A stretch of DNA of 64,000 bases from Hemiscyllium ocellatum (lineage: Eukaryota), in the NCBI RefSeq assembly GCF_020745735.1, contig NW_026867863.1:800504-864503 (forward strand). Direction: 5' to 3'. Below, in pieces: positions 12,150 through 23,364 of this stretch. The translations under genes were made by a program, and so were the position numbers. Under the pieces are notes generated by a model. It saw only the letters and a list, made by a program, of their open reading frames with translations. It ran no database searches and was not told the origin of the DNA. Every line of letters begins with the position of its first letter. Position 1 is the stretch's first letter.

Positions 12150-13700
12150 AAAATCGCCTATCATATCCATCCTATTATTCTTACATATAGCTGAGGTATC
12201 CTTACACGTTTGTTTCTCAATATCCCTCCATCTATTAGGGGGTCTAGAATACAAAACCAAAGCGCATAATCATCCCTTTCTTAATTCTCAGTTCCACACA
12301 AACAACTTCCCTGGATGTATTTCCGGGAATATCCACCCTCAGCACAGCTGTAATGTTATCCCTTATCAAAAATATCAATCACCCTCCTCCCTTGCCCCCC
12401 TTTCTATTCTTCCTGTAGCATTCGTATCCTGGAACATTAATCTTCCAGTCCTGACCATCCCTGAGCCATGTACCTGTGATTGCTATGATATCCCTGTCCC
12501 ATGATCCTAACCATGCACTGATTTCACCTGCCTTCCATGTTAGGCCCCTTGCAATGAAATAAACACTGTTTAATTTATTCGTCCTACTTTGTCCCTGCCT
12601 GCTCTGACTGTTTGACTCGCTTCTGTTTTCAATTGCACTAGTGCCAGATTGACCTCTTTCCTCACAATCTCCCTGGGTCACAACACCACCCCTCTCCCTA
12701 CCTTACTAGTTTAAATCCTTCCGTTCAGCTCTAGCAAATTTCCCGGTCAGAATATTGGTCCCATCCAATTTAGGTGCAATCCGTCCTTCTTGTCCATATC
12801 ACTTCTAACCCAAAATAAATTCCAATGATCCAAAATTATGAATCCTTCTCCCATACACCAGCTGCTCAGACTCGCATTCATCTGCTCTATCCTCATATTC
12901 CTGCCGTCTGTAGCTCGTAGCATTGGGAATAATCCAGATATTACTACTTTCCAGGACCTCCTTTAATATTTTCTGCCTAACTCTCTGTAATCTCCCTTCA
13001 TAATCTCAATCTTTTCCCTTCCTTTGTCCTTGGTTCCAAAGTGGACAATGTCCTCTTGCTGTCCCCTCTCCCCCATGAGAACTTTCTGCACTCTCTTTGA
13101 GACATCATTGATCCTAGCACCGGGGAAACAACACACCATTCTGCTTTTTCGCTGCTGGTCACAGAAAGGTATCTCTGCACTCGGATTGCAGAATCCCCGA
13201 ACACAATTGATCTCTTTGAAGCCGATATAACCCTCATTGCATTAGACCTAGTCTCAATACCAGAAACTTGGCTGTTCGTCCTATGTTCCCCTGAGATTCC
13301 ATCACCCCCTACATTTTTCAAAACAGCATACCTGATTGAATCGGTACAACCACAAAAGACTCCTGCACTAGGTGCCTACCTATCTTACATTTCCTGGAGT
13401 TAACCCATCTATGTGACAGTATCTGAGACATCGCCCCTTCCTATAACTGCCATCCATGAGATACTGTTGCTTCTAACTGTCTCTCCAACCGATCCATTCG
13501 ATCTGGTAAGATTCGCATCAAACAGGACCTATGACAGATATAATCTGCAATAATGCTTAATCTCTCTTTAAACTCCCACATCTGACAAGAAGCACATACC
13601 ACTCTATTAAAGCCAATTTTTACTCCTTCGTAAGTTACAGAGCCAGAAATTAATACAGTCTTATTCCTCGAGAAAACACTGCCCCACACAAACTTTAGCA
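12150..13700 (-). mobile_element. CR1 LINE 5' part: ORF1 (Cys-rich plus esterase-like) and ORF2 endonuclease start
   Basis: VVCASCQMWEF, SIVFGDSAIR and YFIARGL...DIIAITGTWLRDGQDWKINVPGYECYRKNR; absent from cluster B. Confidence 0.85.
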
Positions 13701-16649
13701 ATTCAAGTCAGTTGATGATGATTTGTTTCTCAAGGAAAAGCCTGACACTTCCACGCTTGTCTAGAGATGCAGATAATCACTGGAGGCATTGAAAAGTATT
13801 TACACGAATTGCGAATGGTTTCTTTCTGTGTAGTTTGGCTTCTTTTTCTCTGAACAAACAGTGTTACTTCTTAATCATATTGTGGGAATGAAGATTGCCT
13901 CATTTTTTAAAGCAGAAATCACACATTATACTTCCCTGGAATAAAGAAATATAATCTAAACTTAATGGAATATGGTGATTGGGATGTTTAAATTGTAAGT
14001 TATCAGAGATTTAAAGCTTATTTTCACGACCAATTAATTCCAGCCTCAATGGGTCACTTTAACTTCTCACAGAAATGTCTTTAAACAACGGTTTCTCCCT
14101 TTGTTAAGGAAAGTAAAATCATTGAACTATGGATAGGTTTTACTTGCTAGTCAAAGATGGAAAAGAGTTTTAGCCAAAGAGAGGCCTGAGAAAATAGTGC
14201 GCGGATGCACCCTGATCTAAGTAATGGGGGAACAGCTCGAGGGGCTGAGTGCCCTCCTCCTGCACTTTCCTATAATTGTGTCCTTCATTAGGCTAGCACT
14301 GACACTGAACAATTTTTATTAAAATATTTTAACAAATTAATTGTTTCACAAATTCTTAAAACATCTTTGATTATTTGGAACGCGAGCATTGACGTTCTAT
14401 GTTTGAGTGATCAAAACAACTCCCACCCAATTACAGCAGTCACTGCAATCTGGAGTGTGTTGTTACTTCACGAAACAGTTTCTTGTGAAAATACAGCTTG
14501 AAATCAGGGTTTTCACATTCAATGATTTTCTGATATTAAATATCTCTGAACATTCTCAATTTCTTCAAACGCATCTTCTCTCTGTACAGCTTGTTTAATC
14601 GAACAGAACTTCTTTTTAATGAAACAACAAACTTTGATTGCTAGCAAACCAAAATAAAGACAGAAGTTTCTGAAGATTCTCAGTAGGTCTCGTGGCGGCT
14701 TTGGAGAGAAAGTAAGGTTGACATTGCGCGTTCCGAGATCCCCCTTCAAAAAATTGTTTTCATGTTTTTGGCACCTGTTGAATTAGACAGCGATTACGTT
14801 TGCTTGACTGCTGTTGCAAAAAGATTCTTAGCAAAGGTACTGGAATGCGTAAGATAGCAACTGATGACTAGTTGAAAGGCTATCACCATCTGCTGGAAGT
14901 GTTGGATTCAGCGGAACCCCCACTGCACTGAACAGTCAAATTCAACCACAGCACTGGTTAAATATAAAATAAAACAACCTAGGCATGATCTCAACAAAAA
15001 TGCTTCAAAGCAATTCATTCTGGAATAGTTATACATGTTATTGTTAGAATGGTAATTTAAAAGCTGGGATTTATTTGAGGGGTTATTCCATTAACCCCAG
15101 CTAGTGATGTCCAAAAGCTTGTGAACAAAAATGGACTTGGAAAGAGCTGCTAACCGCCAAAGTTGTTTAATATCTAAGAGACACAAATCAGGATTGCGAT
15201 TGAATAGATTTCAACGGCCTCTGTGAATGGAATTCCAAAAAAACTCCCAAACGACTCGATCTGGTTTTTTGCCCCGAATGAAACTGATTAGAGATGATGT
15301 TACATACGTCTCTAACAGGTTGTAAGTGAACACAGGCCACGTGGCATGGAGTCAGGGTCACTACTACAATATCACAGCAGACCTGAACACAATGAGCTCG
15401 ACACTATATCGGAGAGCACAGCCCACCTGTTTTACAGTGCATAAACCATGTTAATTATTAACACATTCCAACAAATAAGGATTGTTCCAGAATGTTTATG
15501 CAATGAAATTAACATTGCAACAATTTTCCAGGAATACTTTGACTGTAAGTCTGAATTGTCCAAAGTCTGTGGGAACTACAGAGGAATAAAACTATGAATT
15601 GCACTGCCATAAATTCACTGTCACTGGACTTCAACGTTGAACTCCCTTCCTCTTACTCATTAATGTTGATGCACCAGATGGTCTACTTAGTTAGAAATAG
15701 ATTAAAACATTTTGAACTGTATTATGACATTTTCCAGTGACATTAAAAGCTGGCAAAATGTTTTCAAATAATACAATGCAAATTAATTTCTGATCCTACA
15801 TTGTGTCACTAAACACGTCCCGGACAATCGAGGCACAACGAAAATAAGCAGCATATTTTCCTCTGCCTCGCTCAATTATATATCCCTTGTTGCCAACAAC
15901 CAATTGAAACACTCTTGCAATCTGCCTTTTGTTACTGATGTGTTCGTTCTGATACTAAAACATGACCAGGGCTCTCAATTCAGAGGCACCTAATCAAATA
16001 TTCTATTTCTGGCAGATAAGCATGGTTTTGAAATGGGATATGAAATTGAACTGTCGGAGATTCAGGTATTGGAACCGGACAACTTACAAATGGTCAGGAT
16101 CAGTTGACAAGTTAGTCGGAGATAGCACCGAAACATATTGTACAACAATCTTGGTCTTTCCAATATATCTGCTCAATTCCTCAGGTCCAATATGTTCACT
16201 GTAATTGAACATTCATCGTAGGAATGAAAAAGATAATACCCATTAATGTGAACGAGAATGGGTTCACAATGAACATAGATAATCACCGATTTAATCAACT
16301 AAATAAGTCATTGTAATTAACAACATTATTGATGTAGGACATATTGCAAATTTATGCACAGGTGCAAAGGAAATGGATTCTTCTTTAAATTATTTTTACG
16401 TATTCTGAAAACATTTCTTGTACTCGAAGATTTTACATATTCTGGACAAAGCCAATACTCCATTCCAGTGTGGCAATGCGTTTCTGTTGAAACAAATAGG
16501 GCAAGTATTTACTATCAGGTTTTCTTTACAATGGGTGGGTCAGTTTCTTGTTAGCTGTTTTGCAACATACGAAAATGTTTTAAAAAGGTATAAATTGAAA
16601 GCTTGCTTCTGTCTGGAGTTGCCCACTTTAAATGAGGTCTAAGTAAATA

Positions 16650-16965
16650 TGGGCGGCGTGGTGGTTTCGTGATGAGCACTGTTGACTTTCAGATTCAGAT
16701 TCCCGTGCTTGGTTCCAGCCTCAGGTGACTGTCTGTGTGGAGTTTACACATTCTCACCTGTGTCTGCATGGGCTTCCTCCCACAATCGAAAGATGTGCTG
16801 GCCAAGTGAATTGGTAATACTGAATCATCCATAGTGTTAGGTGCATTGATCTGGGGTGTATATAGGGTAGGGTAATATGTCTGTGTGGGTTAGTCTTCAG
16901 AGAATCGGTGTGTAATTTAAGGGACAATGACCCGTTTCCATAGTGTAGGAAATCGAATCTAAATG
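16650..16965 (+). mobile_element. HE1-like SINE
   Basis: GGGCGGCGTGGTGGTT...GGTGACTGTCTGTGTGGAGTTTACACATTCTC; matching flanks with 41735-42045. Confidence 0.75.
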
Positions 16966-17169
16966 ATCGCCACACTTAACTAATGTTAAGTACATTGCAA
17001 AAATTGGTCAAGTACATTAATTAAAAAACCCTCTATTTTCAGTCTGAATACACAACGTGCTCTGATATCCTCTCGTTCATGTCTTCTGCAAATTTATGAA
17101 CTCTGCATATGTCTGAACACGTCGACGCAGACTACGTTCTCTGCATTCGCAACAAGCATTCCTACTGTT

Positions 17170-17530
17170 TTACAGTAGATTTCCAACAGTATGGAAAAAG
17201 GCCACTGTACTCAACAATTCCACACCGACCCTCCGAACAGTAAGTAACACATTCCACCTACGCTATATTTACTCCTGTCTAATGCACTATAACCTACACA
17301 TCCCTGAATTCAATGTTTAATTTAGCACAGCCAATTCACCTAGCCTGAACACCTTAGTGACTTTGGGTGGCGGGGGGTGGGGGGGGGGGTTGTGGCGGGG
17401 GTCGGGGGGCGAGGTAACTGGAGCACACAGAAGAATCCAGGACATGGGGAGAATGTGCAAATTTTACACAGGTAGTCACCCGAGAATGGAATCGAAATGC
17501 GGTCCGTGGTGCTGTGCAATGCTCACCACT
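17170..17530 (-). mobile_element. HE1-like SINE containing a G-rich run
   Basis: Same family; matching flanks with 41118-41470. Confidence 0.7.
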
Positions 17531-18159
17531 GAGCCAGCATGCCGCCCTATGAGTTAATGCGTGAATTATTTTAACTAATTAAAAATTTGGCCTTGATCAC
17601 ATAATTCCACATAGCAGTTGTTTCCGAAAGAATGACTCTTCAATTGAAATTTTGTTGTAAAATGTAACTATTCATTTAAAACGCATGGATTGGGAACACC
17701 TAAAGCACTGTGCAGATTAAATCATTCAGTCACTGTTTTATGTTTTTCCTGCAATTCCAGTTTAATCAGCGACATAAAAATTAATTGACTCGTTTTACTT
17801 GTGCAACTGATCAAAGCAGTGAAACTGGTCTGTTCTTCATCGAATTGGGCAGAATTTCCAAATGGTCTTTGCCAATGATCTTTTCCAACCAGAAAACTGT
17901 GTGTAGTGTACAGCGGAATTGAAAAGTGATTCTTGACTAATTACAACATAGTCATGGCATCTTTGCTCAAGAGCAAGAACTATTAGAACAACATACTTTT
18001 GAAATTTTATTTACATTTCTCTATGACTTCCAAATGTTTGGAAGACAGAACTTGTGATTCAACTGGATAGTTGAGTTTTGACTTTGGATTGTAAATAGTG
18101 GACTAGATTAATCCTTAGTTATTACTTCTCATTACATTTAAGTCATCATTGTTCATGGA

Positions 18160-18255
18160 ATAGTGCAGGTTAGATGGGCTTCAGATTGGTGTGATAATCC
18201 GGTGCAACATCGAGGGCCGAAGGGCCTGAACTGTGCCGTAACTTTCTATGTTCTC
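18160..18255 (+). mobile_element. Short CR1 3' tail
   Basis: GAGGGCCGAAGGGCCTGAACTGTGCCGTAACTTTCTATGTTCT; absent at the paralogous site near 40530. Confidence 0.7.
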
Positions 18256-19289
18256 ACTAAAACTCGCACCCTAAGGTATCGTTTTTTCCTTCATTTCCAA
18301 AAACATTGCGATTTGCCTTTCACGTAATACTAGGCTTTATGAAGATTCAACTGGCATGCTGATTGCATCGAATGAGATAACTGGAGCAGTTCACTGACAC
18401 CAACCATGTTAACAGTGCAATAACAATGTAGAAACCAGAAACAGTTTCCCAAATGTAACAAAATTAATGTTACAGTCCCTCCTCCTCATTAGAGCAAAGA
18501 TCAACAAATGACAACACTGAGGAAACCGATGGGATTGCAGCAGAACGGGCTCTGCAAACATTTCCAACCAAAAACATGATGTTACCTCACAAAAAAAAGA
18601 AATCAAAACAAAGTTGTACAGATTCCAGGCAGAGAATGATCAAATTGAATAGAAATACCAAATAATAACAGCAGCCTTGTTTGTGAGGTGATTTACTTAA
18701 TACTTTAAGCTGTAAAGCTTTCGGAAACAGTTCAATTTATTTCCAATCTGTACACCTTTTGCGGTCATGCCATTCTTGTGTTGTGCACAGTACAGCAGTT
18801 GAAGTCATATAATGATTAATCAGATTGAGATCAAAATAAAGTTAGTTCAATAGGCAAACATTATGACATTATTATTTTAAATTATAGCAAGTTCATTTCA
18901 ATAACGTAACCTGATCAATTCTGCAGTTTCAGATTTTAATCCCAAATTTTACTTTGAAAGATGTAACTCGAAACAAACTTGACTTAGTTTACAATTAGAG
19001 CTGAGGTTTTTTTTTAAAAAAATAATGCACTAAAATACTTTTTTCTCATTTCTTTCACTTCCGTGTTTCTGCCTTAAATTCGTTTTCAGACAGTTACAAA
19101 CAGACATAATGTTTTCAATCAAGCAGCAAAAAAAATGCCAGATGAATTTAATAAATGTAGCAACGGTTCAGCAAAAACAAAGAACCTCACAAAAATTCGT
19201 AATTAAAGTAATCCAGAGAGACCATCTCCTCACCAGAAAGAAAACACGAATTACTGAAAGTATGAAAACGCAGATCAATTTCACAAAAT

Positions 19290-19530
19290 GAATAAGAATC
19301 CAATCAACTCACTGCAACTGAATCATAAAATAAACTCATAATAAAATCAACTGAAAACAACAGATTTAAATGAAAGATAATCAGAATCCAACCAACTCAA
19401 TTCAACTGAATCTTATAAAACAATTTAAAAAAGGTAATCAGTGTGATTCAACAAAACCAAGTAAAAACAAAGTCGGAATCCAAGTCAACTCAATTCAACA
19501 GAATCAAACAAGAAAAATCAGAATCTAATC
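19290..19530 (-). repeat. Degenerate ~90-bp tandem array in J-C intron of cluster A
   Basis: Core AGAATCCAAYCAACTCAATTCAACTGAATC near 19294, 19382 and 19475. Confidence 0.75.
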
Positions 19531-20044
19531 CACAGAAGGAAACATAGTATCCCAAAAAAATACATTTTATAACCAGCTTGTCATCAACAAAACTTACAAA
19601 ATAAAGGAGAAAATATAATCATGGTAAGAACATTATGTATACAGAAAATATATTCAAGAAATGAATAATGATATTTTCGCATATTTTAATCATGTTTGTT
19701 AATATTTCAAAAATCTTTTAATTCTGAGCATTTACTGTCGATAATAAAACTCACAATTAGAGTGTCACTGACATTAAACATTATTTATACCTGACCGATG
19801 AAGCCAAATTAGGTGTTTCTCACAGAATGACCACCTGATTAAAAAAAAGATACACCGAGCAACTGACTCCGTCATCATCATTTTAACTATTTGCTGAACC
19901 TTAACTGAAGTCTATAATCAGCCTGAAAAAAATCAATCCGAACCAAATCACCTCAGCACAGAATGTGAGTTTCACTTAATTCAGAAATTAGTCACACGAA
20001 TAGAGAGTTTTTAAAAAGTCTCTAAGAAAGTTCAAAGTTCTTAC

Positions 20045-20090
20045 CTGAAGTCACTGTTACCATGATCCCTTCGCCCCAGTAATCAAGTTA
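20045..20090 (-). pseudogene. IGHJ: JH segment, cluster A
   Basis: TAA CTT GAT TAC TGG GGC GAA GGG ATC ATG GTA ACA GTG ACT TCA G|GTAA = (*)LDYWGEGIMVTVTS. Confidence 0.93.
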
Positions 20091-20128
20091 GCCAGTGTTA
20101 CAGTCTCTGGACTGCTCACACCATAACT
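20091..20128 (-). promoter_or_regulatory. Degenerate J recombination signal (22-bp spacer)
   Basis: AGTTATGGT-22 nt-CACTGGC; aligns with the cluster B J RSS. Confidence 0.7.
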
Positions 20129-20354
20129 AGATCTGCATTAAAAAAAAACAAAAATCAACCATTATTTTAAATTTTCGGACCCACGGGCAAAATAAAGTCA
20201 CGATATATCTTAATCACATAATTGTGCTAGTGGATTCTGATCATTTTGACAAATTTTAATGTTGTTTTATACTTCACAGTGTAACATATGAGCTGATTCT
20301 GAAAATCACCAAATGGCGTATCAATACTTAGCAGCACTTATACAAATTAAACAA

Positions 20355-20472
20355 AGCTAAAAATCACACACCACAAGGTCATAGTCCAACAGGTTTAATT
20401 GGAAGCACACCTTTGTACCTTTTTTTTAACCTTTGTACACCCCAGTCCAACACAGGCATCTCCAACTCATGA
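20355..20472 (+). mobile_element. Penelope-associated short repeat between D-RSS and J
   Basis: CTAAAAATCACACACCACAAGGTCATAGTCCAACAGGTTTAATTGGAAGCACAC; absent from the cluster B D-J interval. Confidence 0.65.
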
Positions 20473-20586
20473 CAAATAAAACAGTGATACTTTCATAAAA
20501 CCCCTCAGAACTAATACTGCACTGTAAGTTAAGACGATTTGTACAAGTAACCATTTAATAAATGCAGAAATAATGGAGGCTGAATA

Positions 20587-20614
20587 CGGTTCTGCATTGA
20601 TCATAAATGCCGTG
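20587..20614 (-). promoter_or_regulatory. Degenerate D 3' 12-RSS, cluster A
   Basis: CACGGCA-TTTATGATCAAT-GCAGAACCG; aligns with 38316-38343. Confidence 0.75.
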
Positions 20615-20898
20615 TACCAACTGCACAGTCTTAAGGTTAATCATGTCCAACGCAAAAATGTTGTTTGAACTGCCTATGGAAGCAGTAAATCGTCCTTCAA
20701 TCGTTGGTGCACAGTTATTGTTGGATGAAGTTTGGTACCAAAGCAGCCACTCCAGGCCCTGCTCGGGAACTTGTCGGACCGAGTGCAGGTAGCAGCTGCA
20801 AAGATTGAACTTGCTGGTTTTACAGGTCAGTCTCAGGGTGCCTCTGGAAAGGCCAATCCCTGCCTCTGGATGAGTCAAAATAACCTTTTACTGGACAT
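20615..20898 (-). pseudogene. IGHV: VH exon fused to D-like remnant, cluster A
   Basis: Acceptor TTTTTTAAAG|AT GTC CAG TAA (stop); [47 protein letters not shown]; EDTAIYY region missing. Confidence 0.92.
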
Positions 20899-21026
20899 CT
20901 TTAAAAAAGAAAATAAATAAACCTTGAGCATGAACGCTGATGAAATGATGGCTGAGTCGTTGACATTCCTGCAGTAGACTGATATTGAGACAGTCACAAA
21001 GAGAGACTCGAACAAAAAATACTGAC

Positions 21027-21075
21027 ATGTTAAGACAGTCAGTAACAAGCTTAGAAAAATTGTCGACCTAATCGT
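21027..21075 (-). pseudogene. IGHV: VH leader exon, start codon mutated to ACG
   Basis: ACG ATT AGG TCG ACA ATT TTT CTA AGC TTG TTA CTG ACT GTC TTA ACA T|GTCAGT; aligns with 37818-37866. Confidence 0.88.
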
Positions 21076-21269
21076 TGTGATAACTTGTGGAAAACGGTTC
21101 TGTCAAGGTCTTTCTAAACAAAGCCGATCCAGGAGTGTTGAATTATGGTCCAGTGCCCAGGATTAATATGACCATCAGAAGGCTCAGGCTTACAGTTTCC
21201 ACCTATTGGTTTCCTGCTGGATGCTGAGACCGGATCCTGGTATCAGCTTGCACAGCCCGAAGAGATGGA

Positions 21270-21287
21270 CTCATGTATTTACATGAG
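21270..21287 (-). promoter_or_regulatory. Octamer-like ATGTAAAT inside a palindrome, ~200 bp upstream of leader A
   Basis: CTCATGTA-AA-TACATGAG, at the same position as in cluster B. Confidence 0.5.
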
Positions 21288-21454
21288 GATATGCATTAAC
21301 ATGGAGATATACACATCTTGGGATATTTGTTTTGCTGAATAGCTTCTTTAGACGTTTTTTTTAAATGGTGGAAGTAAATTTGAGTAGCTTCCGGTCTGCT
21401 TCAGATATAGTCGCAAGTATTTTGTTTCAAAAAAACAAAACGAATTAAATTGAA

Positions 21455-21890
21455 ATTTAGCTCCCTTTATTTCAGCGTTCATCCACAAGCAGATAAAACT
21501 AAAACTAAAGTTCAAAGATGTTGCTAGCTAATTAAATAGTTGAGTCTTTTTTCCTCTGGACACTGAAATTCTATGTTGCACTACAAAATAGCATGTAATT
21601 CATGCGAAACATTTCGAAATTCACTTTAGGCAATTGAATACAGAGCGTGTCCAAAGTGATTATATTTACAATATTCAATTAGAAGTTAATTCCCTTTAAT
21701 TCTGCATTCAACCACAAGCAGATAAAACTAAAAAGAACTTCAATAATACTATTAGCCAACAAAGTAGTGACTTTATTTTTGCTGTCCCTCAAAGTCTCTC
21801 TGACATTACAAATTAATATTTCATTACAAATCAGCGTTTCTAAATTCAATGTAGGCAACATAATATGGAGCATGTCTGAAGTGATTATGT
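21455..21890 (-). repeat. Diverged ~200-bp tandem duplication upstream of V promoter A
   Basis: CCACAAGCAGATAAAACTAAA near 21482 and 21712, with a paired second block near 21590 and 21805; counterpart ~36985-37445. Confidence 0.7.
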
Positions 21891-23039
21891 TGAGAATGTG
21901 AGTACATGTCACGAAACAGTTTGGACCCCGAGATTAGAAGTACCTCCTTACATTGCAGAATGTCTCTCCTTGCATCTTTTTTTTCTAATTGCTCCGACCC
22001 TAAAATGCATCGTAAAGGAAAGCTGTGTGCCTGAGAACCAAAAAATGATTTGGCAGTGATACCAAACACCCAGGTAACCTTTTGACAGAGCATCTAATGA
22101 ACTGGAACAGGCCAGTCCATGAGTTAAAAGTAAATCATCAACATGTAAACCATTGTAGGTAACTGTCTTGTACGTCAGGAGTGTTTGGTTAATTTAGATA
22201 GTATTACAATAATTATTACCATGAATGTAGGTTATAAACAGTACATTAATCTGTTCACTGGTGGCTCTGACATGGGCAGTTAACTCGTAAATATCAGCAA
22301 TAACTCGCCGTTACACTACATTAGTATTAACCATGTATAACGGGTCCTTCTAGTTTTAAAGAGATGCATGAATCAGAGGATGGTGCAACGAGTGATGTGA
22401 GTTTTAACCAATTCAAGTGTGTTAATTTACTTTGAGATGATAATAAATGATACTGCAATGTGCGATATGGGATTCATTAACTTCATATTCAGGAGCTTTT
22501 AAGATACTCAATAAACAGGCTGAACTAACCAGAACGTCATTGCATTCAATTTCCTGTTTTCTGGCAGTCTTACATTGAATGCTGTATTCAGTGACTTTCC
22601 TTTTTAAAGAAGAAATGCTACATGAAATTTGTCCATTGGGAGTAAACGGGCAAATATAATTTGTTCGGTAGAATTTTATCTTGGTTGATTCATTTTCCCT
22701 TTAATCAGCCAGATACAACGGTTGGCAGCAATTAAGCTGACTGCAGAAAAGGTCCTAGAGTTCCCAGGTTTATTTCCAGGAAGCATCTGAGTTTTTGCAG
22801 TGGATCAAAGATATTTTTGTCTCACTATTGACCAGTTGGTGGAAAGCCAACTGCGAGCCATAACCACTGCCTTCGCAGAAACAAATCTACACAGCAACAA
22901 TGCTGGAGAAAATTGTCTTTTTCAATTTTGTACCTTGGAGAACTCGTCCCACCTCTCATTGAATGAAATATTCGCAGAGTATCGGACACAATCTAAACAT
23001 CATCAGGTCATTCGAGGATCACTACAGCACTATTTAATA

Positions 23040-23350
23040 TTGAGAAAATCGTTAAATCGTCTCAGAGTCATGGAGTGATACAGCATGGAAACAGACACTT
23101 CGGTCCAACCAGTCCATATCAGTGATAATCCCAAACTAACTGATCCCACCTGTGTGTACTTGGGACATATTCTTCCAAACATTTGTTACAGGTTTATTTA
23201 TCCAAACGTCTTCTAACAATTTTAACAATACCCATCACCAAATCATCCCACATACAAACCATTCACTGTGAAAAAAGTTGTGTCCGTTATCTTTTTAAAA
23301 GTTTTTCTCCTCTTATTGTAAAAACATGCCCCCTACTGTTGAAATCCCCC
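23040..23350 (-). mobile_element. CR1 3' tail shared with cluster B (35640-35885)
   Basis: GAGTCATGGAGTGATACAGCATGGAAACAGACACTTCGGTCCAAC tail motif. Confidence 0.7.
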
Positions 23351-23364
23351 ACCATACGGAAATA

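Larger units (their letters stand above)
3255..14005 (+). repeat. Copy 1 of a ~10.75 kb near-identical direct duplication (copy 2 at 53252-64000)
   Basis: Colinear sequence and ORF tracks at offset ~49992-49997 with only scattered differences. Confidence 0.98.
9114..21075 (-). pseudogene. IGHM: IgM-type heavy chain cluster A (L-VD-J-CH1-TM1-TM2), pseudogene
   Basis: Leader, V, 12-RSS, J, CH1, TM1 and TM2 lie in order on the minus strand; lesions in leader, V, J RSS, CH1 and TM1. Confidence 0.93.

Noticed and set aside
15962-16204. Open frame shared with 42383-42802 (ALNSEAPNQI...YKWSGSVDKLVGDSTET), antisense to the Ig genes
   Set aside because: Simply paralogous intron DNA: the frame shifts just upstream in A, there are many amino-acid changes, and no recognisable domain or splice context
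17365-17410. G-rich run with quadruplex potential in the cluster A J-C intron
   Set aside because: Lies inside a SINE, is short, and is absent from the cluster B counterpart; not switch-region-like
20740-20815. Extra cysteines in cluster A V CDR1 (NLCSCY), reminiscent of IgNAR non-canonical Cys
   Set aside because: Compatible with point mutations in a dead gene that also lost the FR2 Trp; the framework is IgM VH-like
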